Shown here piece after piece: positions 25,101-38,752 of a DNA stretch of 64,000 nt (its first letter is position 1; every line of letters starts with the position of its first letter). The DNA lies in NCBI GenBank assembly GCA_964276515.1, contig OZ193909.1, positions 17,856,001 to 17,920,000 of the forward strand, given 5' to 3'. Source of the stretch: Gordius albopunctatus (taxonomy: Eukaryota). The notes under the pieces were generated by a model. It was given only the letters and a program-made list of their open reading frames with translations, ran no database searches and was not told the origin of the DNA. Made by a program: the position numbers and the translations under genes.

Positions 25101-26233
25101 TCCCTAACGATAAAATTTGAAAATTTTAACAAATATATTTTTAAACAACTTTTTATTTTTTAAAATATATGAATTTTTCAGATATCTCAAAAGTTAATAT
25201 AAATGAAAATAATATTTTTTTGTAATTTTTTTCATATATGTTTAATGATGTTAATTTCTTAGCTAGATGGTGCCATGACGTTATCCGAAAACTTAGCTGA
25301 CAACAGTGGCTTAAAAATAGCTTTGAAAGTAAAAAAGCATATTTCACCGCTTTCAATTAAAATACATTTAAGGCCTTGCGAAAAGTTCCAGGATTCAGCG
25401 CGCATCAACTTAGTACTCATAATAATGGTCTCAACGAAGAACAAACATTTTTTCTATCATATGCTCAGGTAGAGAATTTTTTAACTTTCATTTTAAATAA
25501 AAATGTATTTATGAAAGCCCTAACCTAAGTTTACTTATCTCTTCCTCTTAAAACATAATATTTGTCTATTCATGAGTATTTATTTATAAGTTGAATTTTT
25601 AATTTTTTAGTGTTTTGTCCAAGGCCTCACTTTTTAGCTCTTATAAGTTAATAGTTATTTTGAAATTATTCAATTTCGATCTCTCAGAATTTCGTACTTT
25701 TCCAGCCTAAAAAACTCCTGGTTTTCATAGTCATTTCTTTGCTATATTATCTGCTGCAAAGTCGGTAGCAAATAATCTTAGGAAAATATATAACTTATAA
25801 AGCTTTTACGACGATTTAAATAGAAATAACATTACATAGCGACATATATATATTATCGGATTGAAAATTTTTTGTTAAGTAATGATGACAATTATATATT
25901 TTTAAAACAAAAACTCTTTTTAAAACGTAAATATTTCAAAAAAATATATATCTTTAAGCATTTAAATAATATAATTATGAAATTATGTTGGAGTTTTGTT
26001 TATATGAAAAGAGCGAATGTTCAACGGGGCTAAAGGAAAATTCGTTTGGAATTATGGAAACTAATAAACACACACTCCCACAATTTAAGTAATTTATACA
26101 ATAAATATTTATGTTTATTCATCAAAACCTTTTATATTTTTACAGAGTAACCGGAGTGTTACAAAATTCTCAAGAATTCGACGCCATATACAATTGTAAT
26201 AGTGGGAATGTCAAGAGATGTGATTTGTGGTAG
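16147..26233 (+). CDS. M13 family zinc metallopeptidase (neprilysin/ECE-like), multi-exon; the N-terminal exon(s) were not located
   Basis: Exons give DICTNFYGFACDKW (~16212), FTSCMN, FCVQLTENLMPG, ANALYLYASNTIYIPAGIL, YGTIGVTIAHELTHALDDQG (HExxH at 24841), TLSENLADNSGL (ExxxD), and a final GVLQNSQEFDAIYNC..KRCDLW* with stop at 26233. Confidence 0.92.
17194..17359. mobile_element. ~165-bp hAT MITE (best-preserved copy of a family with ~10 copies in the window)
   Basis: Consensus ends CATGGGCGTAGCCA...TGGCTACGCCCATG and a perfect 8-bp TSD TAAGCGAC (17186-17193/17360-17367). Related copies at ~10010, 11855-11995, ~12497-12671, 19325-19488, ~20170-20316, ~23620-23759, 26346-26510, ~37643-37794 and ~55440-55588. 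Confidence 0.85.
18449..18669. repeat. Fold-back inverted repeat, ~64-bp arms (MITE-like), in an M13 intron
   Basis: TTCTTCATAGATATATTTTCGGG...ATAATA versus TATTAT...CCCGAAAATATATCTATGAAGAA. Confidence 0.7.
20586..20620 (-). promoter_or_regulatory. Putative TATA box + initiator at the 3' end of the retroelement
   Basis: TATAAA at 20620-20615 and Inr-like TCACTT with its A at 20589, a spacing of -31. Position 20589 is also the edge of the direct repeat. Confidence 0.55.
20642..23276 (-). CDS. Gag/core-like N-terminus fused to reverse transcriptase-RNase H; one frameshift at ~21690-21693
   Basis: ORFs 23276-21621 and 21670-20642 join if one T is removed from a T4 run. Motifs: FFIAKPNGDARVITDLS, IDFKAAFFSIP, LPMGAALSPFVLQ (repaired), YVDD, IEYLG; RNase H VYVDAS, HIPLAE, IVTDS, NPADNPSR. 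Confidence 0.85.
24637..24734 (+). repeat. 24-bp tandem repeat x4 (intronic)
   Basis: TCGTTAAAATTTTAATTCTTAAAA at 24661, 24685 and 24709, plus a variant at 24637. Confidence 0.9.
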
Positions 26234-29175
26234 TGATGATGGGAAGTGGATGCAGAATAATTATATTATTTATTTGTTATATAAATTTTAAATCATTTTG
26301 CCATTTTATTTGTATAGTAAATAAATTAATTATAAAAGTTATCGACGTGGGCGTAGCCAAGGGGGGGGGCAGGGAGGGGCGGCTGCCCCTTCTAAAGCCA
26401 AATATTTGTTAAATTAATTAAAAGTATGGCTAAATTTTCAAAAAATGATCAATTTGCCCGTCCCTAAATCATTATTGCCCACTCTAATTCAAATGCTGGC
26501 TACATCCATGATTACCGATCATTTAATAAAACCTATATATATGAATAAAATCATAAAGACATATTTGTACAAAGCAATTACAACTACGGTTAACCCTATA
26601 ACTTTTTATTTGGATAGATTTGATGCTATATCAATAGGACACAATCAATATTTGTCAGTTAAGATATATATTTATATAAAAAAATGTATATATATCTAAG
26701 TTAGTGGCGTTGCCAGCTTTTTGCCTATGGGGAAGAGACTCAAATGACAAGGGTATAATTGGCGGTCTGTAAATAATACAAGCTAGGATAATTTACCTTA
26801 GCATAATATCATTTTCTTTGAAGATTAATGGAAGAAGGTTTAAAGCTGATTTATCTTTGTATATTTTAAAGCCATAGTTCTTAAAGATAGAGATTATATG
26901 AAACATTTTAGAATAATTAAAGCGTTATAACTTTTTTGAGGCCAAAATGAATTATAAAAATTTATTGAAGCTAGCATATAAAACCATTTTTTCTAATCTA
27001 ATATGTAACAAAATATGCAATTAAATAATAAATCAACAGACAATCAATATAACGCCACTGAAATTTATAAAATATGTTTATTTATTAAGCAAAATCTTAA
27101 TTATTTGTACAATCTTAATAGGCAAAACTAATATAGGGGATAGAATGAGAATTCATACACGGCAAAAGAGTGCGAATAAAATTCACCGAACAGACATTTT
27201 AACTACGAGTATAGAACTATGTTTTTATATTGTATTCTTTTTAAACTAACATTTCAAAACTTTTTTTTTAAATAATAATAAATAGAAGATTTTTAACATT
27301 TGCAATAATAAACTTTAACGACTATTTAAAGGAAGTCAATAAAATATTGGTCCTCTTATGTATACTTATATTTTGTGAACTCAAGGCCTAATATGCACAA
27401 CATTTATACAGATATTTGATTTTAATAGTTGGTAAGTTATTAAAAATTGAACTATATACTTAATAATATTTATAATGATAAAATAAAATATGTTGTATTA
27501 CCAACAAAGAGTTAGACATACAGTTTATAGTAATTCTTTCTCATAAAACCTTCTGTAGGCTCAAATTACCTAGTGATTTTTATCATATTCAGATATATAA
27601 TATTTGACTTATTGTCGGTGTATTATAAGTTTAATACATATATTTCATTTTCTACCTTCAATAATGTATATAATATCTAAATTGCTTCAAATAAAGAATT
27701 AATATATTTTGGCTGTTCCTCTGTCTTAAACATATATGGTTACATTTCCTAGTTTCTCACTTTCAAAAGTATCAAGTTCTATTCCGTTTTTTCAGAATAA
27801 AGTATGTAGTTCCAGGAACAAGATACCTTGAATTAACTCCTTTAAAAGCTCTAGTTACTAGCAAACACAATGATAACATATTCAATATAAAAGTAACGCG
27901 TATATTATAATTTTAAATTAAAGCAACAATTCGCTTCCTTTATAGAGTAAGATTTAGATTTTTAGTAAAGGCAGTTGATACTTGTGCATAATTAATAAAT
28001 AAATACTAACGACTTTAATACTTTGTATGATTATACATTTTAAATATCTATCTTTGTAATAATAAGTTATATATATGCGTAAAAATAAATGAAAGAGACA
28101 TTTTAACCATTTAAAGTTTGTAAATTCTTCCGTTTCATACAAAAAATTAATTTGAGATTCTATGAGATAGCATTTACATTTACTCTTTCATAATATATAA
28201 ATAAATCGCATATATTTATTTTAGACATGAAATTATTCTAAAATAATAAGATTGTGTGATTAGTTGTTCAATCCCTTAATGCTTTCAGTTGGCTAACAAA
28301 ATCACATAATATTTATACCTTCTGTTATTTTTTAGTCTGTCAAAAAATTGATCCTCTCAATGGAAACAATAATTTCTTATAGAAAAAATAGTTATGTGTT
28401 TTATCAATCTACATTTTTACTGCAAAAAAATGGTTGTTAAGGTGGGCGGAAATTCAGCTTTTCAATAGCAGCACTGTATTATAAAATCCTATTGCGTCCT
28501 TCCATCTAAGACAATTTTGCTTATTCCCCAATGCAAACTTCGTAAAGTTCAGGATGTCAATCATTTATAAAATCACCCAACTTATTTATAGGATATATAA
28601 ATAATAGCCGATAGATACTTGTAAAATAACACAAAATAGGTAAATTAATTCAATACATATTAAGATTAGGTGATATTTTTGATAAAATATCTTTTTGTTT
28701 ATTTATAAAGGCAAAAGGGCTTAATTCTCATGTATATAGAATTAATAACAAAATTAAGTCAAACATAGTTTATTTATAACTAGTTGTTTATAGTTTCATT
28801 TAATAAAAATTTTTATTACTTTAAAAAAAACGAGAAAAATTAATAATATGTAGTCAAAACTATTTGATAAAAAGGATTGATATCATTTTTCGTTTTAAAA
28901 TATATTCGCATGTCCACTATAAGAAAATTTAGTGTATATTCATCACAGCTGCTTAAAGAATTTTCTTTAAATATTGCATGCTTTTTAATATATGGCTAAT
29001 AAAGTTCTTACAGTCAATAGATATAAATTATCATTTGAAACCCTCCTTCTCATTTTTAAATTCAACAAATGATCATTTATTATAGTTTCTTGTTAATAAA
29101 TTATGTTTAAAACATATGGCTAGCTGTTCAAACATATGTCATCATAAGTTCATTTATTCAAATATTTTGCTATTC

Positions 29176-31239
29176 ATGGGAAACAATAATAGCAAAGGGG
29201 ATGTCGCAATGCCCCTCCATAATATCCCTAAAACCGTTGGCAATTATAATTCATTCAGGATAATGCGCAGCTTTCCCTATAGTTATTGGCCAGTTATTAA
29301 AAGTATTTTAACTTTTTTGTATACCTAAAATATTTTTTATTAGAGAAAAGGATATTTACAGAAGATTTACATTTGTGTACCAATAAAAAATACAAGGATT
29401 GTGGATATGGTTATTGCAAAACATTTAATCAAACAATTTCATACAACCCAAATTCTCCACCATTAGACTTTAATTTTAAAGGAAAATATATAAATTATTT
29501 GCAATATAATCACATTCCAGCTCAATTACAATCTCTCAAAAATGTTCATGTTTTAGGTGAGAAATTAATTCATCATTATATTTCTATATAATCATTTAAG
29601 TATTTTTATAATAATATATGATCCAAAAATTTACTTAAAAAGTTTATTTAACACAAACATTTGTCCTATAAAATACAGTTATTATAAGGAACACTTGCAC
29701 AAATAAAAACTCTTAAAAATTTAATTTCTCAATGTAGACATATTTTCTAATCATATATAATGATAAACTCCAGACAAAATAGCAAGATTTTGTTTAATCA
29801 TGTTATATTTATTAAAATATCTACAAATTATACCAATTTAGACCATGAAAATCTTGTCTTTTTTATTACATCTAGAAATACTAACATTCCATGAAGGAAT
29901 CCTGGTCCTTATGTTGGAGCGTAAACGCTTAAACGTAAACAACAACATAAACATTACTGGAACTTTGTTTGCTCTAGCAGACGTGGAGCGCAATAAATTT
30001 TTGGGCGTTTTCGAATCCTACGACAAACTTATAACCGACGTCCGCGCTGTGAAGTGTCAAATTAGTCCGGATAAAAGTCGCGTCGCCCTAAAACTTCCTC
30101 GCTCAGCCTTTTTAGCTCAAACCCCAGCCCAACCTCCATTGCCTCAACAAACACAAGCTCAATACATAGTCAATATATACGACATAAGCGCGCGCGAGAC
30201 TAGCCCAGCCGGGTTGGGTACTAATATGGTGACTACCACCTATCCCAGGCTCCTTTCGTTTTGCACTTCGAGTAGGGATAGTATATTCGCTTTCGATCCG
30301 CGATACGGAAGATCTCGCATTTTCTTTTCCGAAGTATTAGGCCAAGGTTCCGTTAGTTTAGTCCGATGCGCCGATACCGGTTCCTACTTCGACATACTAG
30401 CGGAACGGGTTTTGGATTTAAGCAGTTGTGCCCCGCCTCAGGCTAGACACAATAACACCTGCTGCGACGAGTCCATCGGCTTACAGGCTCTCGAGAGCAA
30501 ATGCTGTAAATGGCACCCTTTCGGGCAAAATTTACAGCGCTCCAGTTTAGACACTGAATCTGTAGCAGCCTCGGCGTCGAGCGTCAGTCTAAGCGTCGAG
30601 AGCGCCGTCTACTCCAACGACGGCTTATTCTTAGTGCTCGTCATGGTGGTGGAGTTATTGGTGGGGGCAGAAGGGTCGGATCGGACCACACGGTCTACGT
30701 CCGATAGCCTCGGGTGCGTATGCGCGGTGCGCGATTCCTACGACTCTCGCGTCGCTTTCCACCACGGCAATAGAAACGTGACGCGCCCGCTTTCGCGCTT
30801 ACACTATCGCATCCTCGGCTCAGATACGTTAGATCCTCTTCGAACCCTAACCTTATCCCATTGGCTTTGTCCACTCCACGATTGCATCTCCAGTTTTAAA
30901 CCGATTTTTTCTTCGGGCGGAACCGAATTCGCAATCGCTGGAGCGGCGTCAAGAACCTTAACGCTCACCACTAGTAGCGGCACTTCGTTTTATCGAAAAG
31001 GACGCGTCGGCAACGCTCGTGCATCTGGTAAAAGACGCTCCGCCGCTTCGCTCGTTGTCCTGACCTATCGCTTGCCTCCCTCTGATAATGGAACTGGTCA
31101 AGTTTTTGATCTACAAACCTTATGTCGAGCCGTAGTAAGAAGTCGAATCTCTAGTCACAGCCTAGCGCAAAATTATGAAAAATTAGGCCTGCCCCCCAAA
31201 CTTAAACCCTTTCTTTTGTATTTGCCTAGGGAATCATGA
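29176..31239 (+). CDS. Uncharacterised SOCS-box protein (predicted beta-rich body, possible N-myristoylation); 3 exons
   Basis: Exons 29176-29302, 29344-29556 and 29876-31239 splice in frame from MGNNNSK. C-terminal VFDLQTLCRAVVR...LGLPPKLKPFLLY gives a BC box plus Cul5 box. Confidence 0.8.
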
Positions 31240-32130
31240 GGCACAACTTTCGCACTTCAGATAGTCAAACCGGCATAAAGCTATATTATATTCATATAAA
31301 TACGTAAATTGTATAACAAATTGTGCGAACGCGTTGAAAATGTTGCGTATACACCAAAATACGAGCCTTGCTCCACGCTGTTTTTAAATTTTGGGCGCCC
31401 CTATTTTTGGGCCAATGATATTTAAAGCATTTTAGAGATTTTACTTATACTTAAAAGTGACGAAATATGTAGTTTGCTTTTTATATAATTTTATTGCACA
31501 TGTCTTTACACTCCTGTCATATTGTCAAGCCTCGACGCATTTGTGTGGGATGCAATGACGCATGCGGCTGATTAAATCCAGTGACAATTTGGCCTATGAA
31601 CGTACACCCCCAGGCCACCGCAATCTGTCGTACAGATATTTGCGTTTTTATCTATTTTTCAGCTTCATTGTTGCAAAATATGAAGCACGGGGGGGGCGGG
31701 GGTAATTGTTTGTGACCCACTCTTAAAATTCGCGTTGTTTATGCAATTTCTAAGCACCGCATAGTCTCAATTACCTTTAAATGCGACGACACTTATATAC
31801 TACTACCACCGTTGTGATGTGATACGCTCTTAACCGGATTATGTTTACCACAAAACTGCTCAATGCAAAAGCACCACGTCACCTTTGTAATTCACCCCAG
31901 TTCGACCGAGTGTATTATTTAAACTTCCGTTTTGAAGCAATCTCGTTTTTTATCAGCTGTTTTATTTATAACGATAAATAAATGTAAAATTATATTTGTA
32001 TTACTTTTGAAAAAGTATAGGTAGTAAGTAAGTAACTATTGAATAATGGTTAAGAGGATGCCTATACGTACTGCCTTGAGAATTATTATTTTTGTTAGGA
32101 AACAGTTTTACCAATTATTTTCATCGTGAC

Positions 32131-35100
32131 TAGTGATGGGAAAAACCTAGGTTTTGGTAGCCTAACCTAATAGCATAGGTCAGGGTTTTTAAAAACCTCG
32201 AAGGTTTTCTTTACGCACTAACCTATAAGATAGGTATTAGCACAAAATCAACCTAAAAGCTTAGGTGAATTTTTTATAAAAACCTGAGAGCTTAGTCTAT
32301 CACGCGAATTAGCCTAAGCGCTATTAGGTAGATATTAGCGCCATGCTAAACCTTTAGGTTAGGTTAGGTGAGCTAAGGTCAATATTCTGACATATAGCCA
32401 AGGATTTCGAGTAAACTATAGTCCCTAAATTTCTCTCTTACTTTTTTGTAATATTAAATCATATTAACAAATTATTATATTAATAATAAGTAAAAAATCC
32501 AATAATTAATAAGTTAAAGTTACAATTGTTTAAAAATGTTTATTGTAAGCTAAATTAAAATATATTTAGTATTTATAACTATACCGCCACCTAGATATTA
32601 ATTAAATTTAGATATTCCCCCTTTTGCTGAGACAGTAGATCATTATTAGAGAGGGAGAGGGGGATATTGTGTGGTGCTGGCATGTGTGCCGTCGCTGTGT
32701 TGTGTTTGTGTATTATGTATGTACTATGCTGAGCTAAGCGTAAGCAAGCGCTAATATATAATAGGAAAGGTTGCTTAGGCTGTTGATAGCATACTTTAGC
32801 ATGCTTAAGGCTACTTTAGCATGCTTTAGGCTACTCTAGCATGCTTTAGGCTATTGCTAACACAGTGCTGTGTCTGAGACAGATACATTATTAGAGAGGA
32901 GAAGAGGGGGGGGGATATAGTGTGGCGCTGGCATGTGTGCTGCAGTGCTGTGTTTTGTATTTTTTATGTATGTAATGTATTTCCTAATTTACGAGAGAAA
33001 TGGCAATGGCATGCTGCAGGCAGTGGCGTCAATGAAATACCCCACCCCCCCCCCCCCGGCAAAAAGTTGAAAAGTGTTTTATTTATTAAGGAGGATATTA
33101 ATTACTTTTTTTATGACTACCCTCGTTATTACTAGTCAAGCTCAAGACGATATAATACCTTGCGGAGATTTACAGGATGTTTCGATAATAAATTCCCTGA
33201 TCGGTGATGATGAGGTATAATAGAAACCCCTCTATCTGCATTATTTTGTTTTAAGGATAATTCACTCTGTACGGGGAATGTTTCCAGATCAAATGTGGGG
33301 AGAAAAAGCTGTTTTGTTTGGACTCCTTCTAAATCTAGAAAGAAGTGTATTAGTTGCCCAAAGCATTTTGGACGTAAGACATCAACGAGTAAGTATTTTT
33401 AACGATCTAGCCGATGACTTATAATATATTTGTAGGCAATATCAAACTCCACTATAAAAACGCTCATGGGGAAATAGAGGTGGAGAAAGAATATAGTTTA
33501 TCGAATCAAAAATTAACCGATGATCAGAACGAAAATATTAACAAAAGAATTTTGAATTTAGTTGTTCAGGAAAATCTTACCATCAAAATATTCGATTCAG
33601 CGCATTTAGATAATATCCTAAAATATTTTAATTCAACAGTCATAATATGGACCAAAAAAACAGCGAAGAAGGAATTGGCTTCTCTTTTCGATAATAAGCA
33701 AACGGAAATCAAGACAATCCTTTTATCCCTTAGATCCAAGATATCTATTACTACAGACGTGTGGACGTCTATAAAAAACTCCTCGTTCATGGCCATCACG
33801 GCCCACTTTATAAATCATTTATGGGAGCCCAAGTCCCTACTACTTGACATTGTTGAAGTATGTCACCCGCATACTTCGGATATACTATACCATCAATTGC
33901 TCAGGGTATTTGATGAATACCATATTACTGACAAAATATTGTCTATCACCACCGACAACGCCCGCAATGAAATAGGGGCCATCAATTTGTTTGAAAGGAA
34001 CGCCCCAAAGGTAGTTTATCACAGAAGATGTGCCTGTCACATTATCAACCTTATGGTAAAGGAGGGTTTGGTGGCCATTGAAGGACCACTCGAGAAGATG
34101 TATTTTTTGGTGAAGACCTTGAAAAAATCACCGTCACTTAGCCATGAATACGCGAAAATGACGAAAACCAAAATCCCCCAGCCGAATAATACACGTTGGA
34201 ACTCAACGTACCTTATGTTGGCTGAAGCTAATAAGGTACATTATAATAGTATATAATAATATTTTTTACTAGAATATTGCCTGCCTCAATGTATTGGCAG
34301 ATAAAAACATAGGCAACAAAAGCCTCCCGTTTTCTTCAGATGAAATCGCATTGTTAAAGGAAGTCGAGGAGATGCTCAAAACGTTCTACGATCTCACGGT
34401 CGAATTGAGTTCTGAAACAAATAACACCGTAGGATCCGTTATCTTGTTTTTCGAAGACATGTTGGAAGAATTAAACCAGCTGAAACTAACGAATAAGAAT
34501 TCAGTAATTTTGGCATCCGTGGAAAGGATGCTTAAAAAGCTGAATAGCTATATGCCCTTTGTAAGCACATTTGAAAATTACGCGTGTTTGTACTTGGATC
34601 CCAGAATGGATGCCAATATAATTCCAAATGTCTTAAAAAACTCTTTTTATTCAGAGGAGTTTTATCAGGTTTTCCAGAATGAATACCAAGGGGGAGAAGG
34701 TTTGAATATGAATTCATTGGCAAAAAGCTCACGGTTAAGCCGAATCGTGATGAAGAAAACGTAACTAAATATTTTCTTAATATATTATATATTTTAGGCT
34801 TGATGCAAATCTAGCAAATCTCAACACGGAGCATGATGAGTTATTCAAATACGCGCAAAAAACGAGGATCTCAATTCATGGCGACGTGTATGCATGGTGG
34901 AGAACCAACGCAATTGAGTTTCCGAATCTAGCCATTATGGCTAGATCCTTTCTTGCACAACAGGCGTCATCGGTTGCCGCGGAAAGGGTCTTTTCTAAGG
35001 CCGGAGACGTTATGACAAAGAAACGGAACCGCATGTCATCGACTACTCTTCAGCACATATTATGTTTAAATAATTGGCTAAAACATTTTCCATAATATAT

Positions 35101-36279
35101 ATATGTCTATTTATACAATATCTAAATATTGTCTTAGCTCAAAAAACTCTTTTGATTACTCTATTTCCCAAAAAATTGGCAGAAATAAATAAAAATAATA
35201 AAAAATCAATTTAAATACAAAAATATAGAATCAATAAAAAATTAAAAGCACAACAAACTAATTAGAACTTAGCAGATGATTGTCAAAAATTGGCAAACAA
35301 ATAAAATTAACACTGAAAGAATAAAATAATTAAGCATTTTCAGCGAAAAAAATATCAAATTAAACGCATAGCAAACTAATTACAACTAAGCTGAAGAATC
35401 TCAATATTTCAGCATATTATGGCGTGCTAAAAACAGCCTAAGCAACCTACCTATTATTAATTGTATTGTATATGTTATATATTACCGCTTCCTCACGCTT
35501 AGCTAGTATTAAGAATACACGCGACGCACACAGCAGTCGTCAGCACTGTGCTAGCAATAGCCTAAAGCATGCTAGAGTAGCCTAAAGCATGCTAAAGTAG
35601 CCTTAAGCATGCTAAAGTATGCTATCAACAGCCTAAGCAACCTTTCCTATTATATATTATTAGCGCTTGCTTACGCTTAGCTCAGCATAGTACATACATA
35701 ATACACAACACAGCGACGGCACACATGCCAGCACCACACAATATCCCCCTCTCCCTCTCTAATAATAATCTACTGTCTCAGCAAAAGGGGGAATATCTAA
35801 ATTTAATTAATATCTAGGTGGCGGTATAGTTATAAATACTAAATATATTTTAATTTAGCTTAAAATAAACATTTTTAAACAATTGTAACTTTAACTTATT
35901 AATTATTGGATTTTTTACTTATTATTAATATAATAATTTGTTAATATGATTTAATATTACAAAAAAATAAGAGAGAAATTTAGGGACTATAGTTTACTCG
36001 AAATCCTTGGCTATATGTCAGAATATTGACCTTAGCTCACCTAACCTAACCTAAAGGTTTAGCATAGCGCTAATATCCACCTAATAGCGCTTAGGCTAAT
36101 TTGCGCGATAGACTAAGCATTAACCTACTGAATCCACCTAATGTTTTTAGGTCGATTTGGAGCTAATGCCTTGGCGAATAGGTTAGGCTTTCAAAACACC
36201 CTTAAGGTTTGCTATGAACCTTTAACCTAGCCTAAGGCTGACCTTGGGTTAACCCACACCTAGGTTTTTCCCATCACTA
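32131..36279 (+). mobile_element. Complete hAT DNA transposon, probably autonomous
   Basis: TIR TAGTGATGGGAAAAACCTAGG / CCTAGGTTTTTCCCATCACTA, perfect 8-bp TSD ATCGTGAC (32123-32130/36280-36287), and long internal inverted repeats. Confidence 0.96.
33137..35095 (+). CDS. Intron-containing hAT transposase (BED finger + DDE + dimerisation domain); start uncertain
   Basis: Short GT-AG introns (~33215-33256, ~33389-33435, ~34235-34272, ~34761-34797) join CISC..HYKNAH (BED), TTDVWTS, TTDNA, CACH, TRWNS, LDPR, WW and SSVAAERVFS in frame. Confidence 0.88.
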
Positions 36280-36742
36280 ATCGTGACAACCACTTTGGCC
36301 CTCAAGCCTTAAAAAATAGGGAAACAAATCTCTTCACTATTCCATGATAATCGCGAATCGTTTTTATAAGACAGAAAATTGGCATAACTATCTGTAAACA
36401 TAATTCAATAGCCATAACGGAATGGTTTCCAAATATTTATCATTCTTAAATTATTTTTAGCTATTTTTTTCATCTTCACAAAATATGTATTTTATAAAAA
36501 TAATAAATGATTAGTTTAAAACATATGCTTTTATAGATAAGAAATGTTAGGAGTTAGGTAATTATGGCTACGCGATTTTGAATCTAGATTCAAAAAGCGA
36601 ATGCATGTTAAAACATAGCCGCGTCTTAATACGAGCGTCACTTCATTTTTGTTCTATTTTTGTGTTTTTGCTCGTAAAACAAATATTTATCCTTTAATTA
36701 CGCTTATTAATGCATATTATTCATATGGTATATAAACTAAAA

Positions 36743-36861
36743 TATAGACAAAACAAAAATATGGCGCCATGAAGTTGAATCGTATATTAAGACGGGCCCT
36801 TATATAGACAAAAAAAAATATGGCGCCATGAAGTTGAATCGTATATTAAGACGGGCCCTTA
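36743..36861 (+). repeat. Tandem duplication of ~59 bp
   Basis: TATAGACAAAA..ATGGCGCCATGAAGTTGAATCGTATATTAAGACGGGCCCTTA occurs twice. Confidence 0.85.
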
Positions 36862-38752
36862 GAGAAAATGTTTCATAGAAAGAATTGTTGAGTAATTAAA
36901 AGTTTAGTAAGCATTTTGTGCCTTTTATACCTGCAGGCGGCTCTACAATTACCACAATATAATTTTTCATTTTAAATTCTATTAATAACTTTCTAATTTT
37001 ATTCCCTGGCTGTCTCGAGGGCGAAGGGTGATAATTTAAATTGAATTTAAGTTTGCTTTGTTTTACCTCCACAAAATCAATACTTTTTAGGTTGGGGGAG
37101 CAAGACCTTGGAATTCAAAAACTTCAAATTCCGTTTTATTATTCTTTCTATCTATATAAAAAAATACTTTTCTCCCGCACAGAGGGGATTGCGAAAAAAA
37201 GATAAGTATTTTTGTCATATAAATTATCATAATTTTTATCTCTCCCTCCTCTACTTTTCACTTTATTAACTCGTGCCGTGCGTCAGCAGCGAGAAAAGTA
37301 AGTGTATGTGTGTGTATTAATGAAACAAGATGAGATGTGGTAAACTACTTAAGAGTCCAAATCTCAAAGGAGCCCTAAATAATCTATGTTGAGGCTTCTT
37401 GATAAACGTTGGAATAATATATGTACACAATTAGGTGGTATTAGAAATGCTACTTTTTTATCATTGTCACCTTATGTTTTTAGTGTTTTTTAATATAGCA
37501 ACTCCCAATCCTGACTATGCCCATGTCAAAAATAAAGATAATTTTTATCTTTTTGAAGTATGCTTGTGAATTTATACTTTCTAAATTTATGGAAGTGATG
37601 TAACACTCAATTATATTTGCTAGAGCTATAAAGGAACTATTTCATTAGCCAGCATTGGAATTAGGAGGGGGGGGGCAATAATGATTTAGAGAGGAGCAAA
37701 AAAATTCTTTTTTAATTTTAGCCATAATTTGATAAATTTTTTTGGATTTAGAGGTGGCAGTTGCCCCTCCCTGTGAACTCTTGGCTACGCCCATAGATTC
37801 ATGGATCGACCTCAATCAACATATTTTATTCATAGATTAAGATGATGATTTTTTGTTTGTGAATCCAAAATTTATGAAGTTTATATGACCCTCAATTATA
37901 CTAGTTAGAGCTATAAAGGAGGTAGTTATGCATGTAAGATTGTTATAACTACCTCATTTTTTATAAAAAAAAAAAGTAACTTTAATAAACGATATATTTT
38001 GTTATCGATTCGTCTTTAAAAAGTAACTGTAATTAATCGGTTTAACAGGGGTGCTGCTTGTTACATCGAATCCCTTTAATACATCGTTGAAATTCGGTTC
38101 TGCTCCTTAGAATTTTCCCTTTATTTATTTAAAATAATTAGATAGATATGTCTAGATTTCGCGAGCGAAACACAATCAAAGAGGTTATTAATGTAAAAAA
38201 TAGTAACATTTTAAAAAAACATCCTTTTATAATCAAAAATCATGATTGATCACATACTAAACTGATGGCCACCTGCTTTTTGAATTTTTTTATTATAATT
38301 ATTGGCTGCGTTTTTTATGTTAGTGTTGTAAAAACTGCTGAGTTTTGTATATTCGACCTTTGGTTTTAGTCCATTAAACATAAAACTTTGATCTGCTTTT
38401 CTTAGTCGACCTCTAGGGTTAGTCGAAATTTGAAAAAAAGACCAGATTGGACCGTTGGTCTTAATTTAACAAAGATCGATTAAAACAAAACCCAGCCCTT
38501 TTTGCAACTCTAATTTACGTCAAAACTTGAACTTCTTAATCGCAAATCGGATTATCGCAAAAATCTTTTAATCGCGAAGTTAACCGCCATTTTGTTTTTT
38601 TTAACGATAATATTAACAAAAACATCGTTTATTGACAAATCGCTTAATAGTACAATATCGGATATTCATAAACATTTTCGAGTCCTTAAATCAACCAGGT
38701 AATTATATAAAATATCGTTTTATTGCGAAGCGTAAGAAATGAATATATATAT

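Noticed and set aside
27100..28600. Exon-like segments (e.g. MVTFPSFSLSKVSS.. at ~27737)
   Set aside because: I could not assemble a spliced ORF or recognise any motif on either strand.
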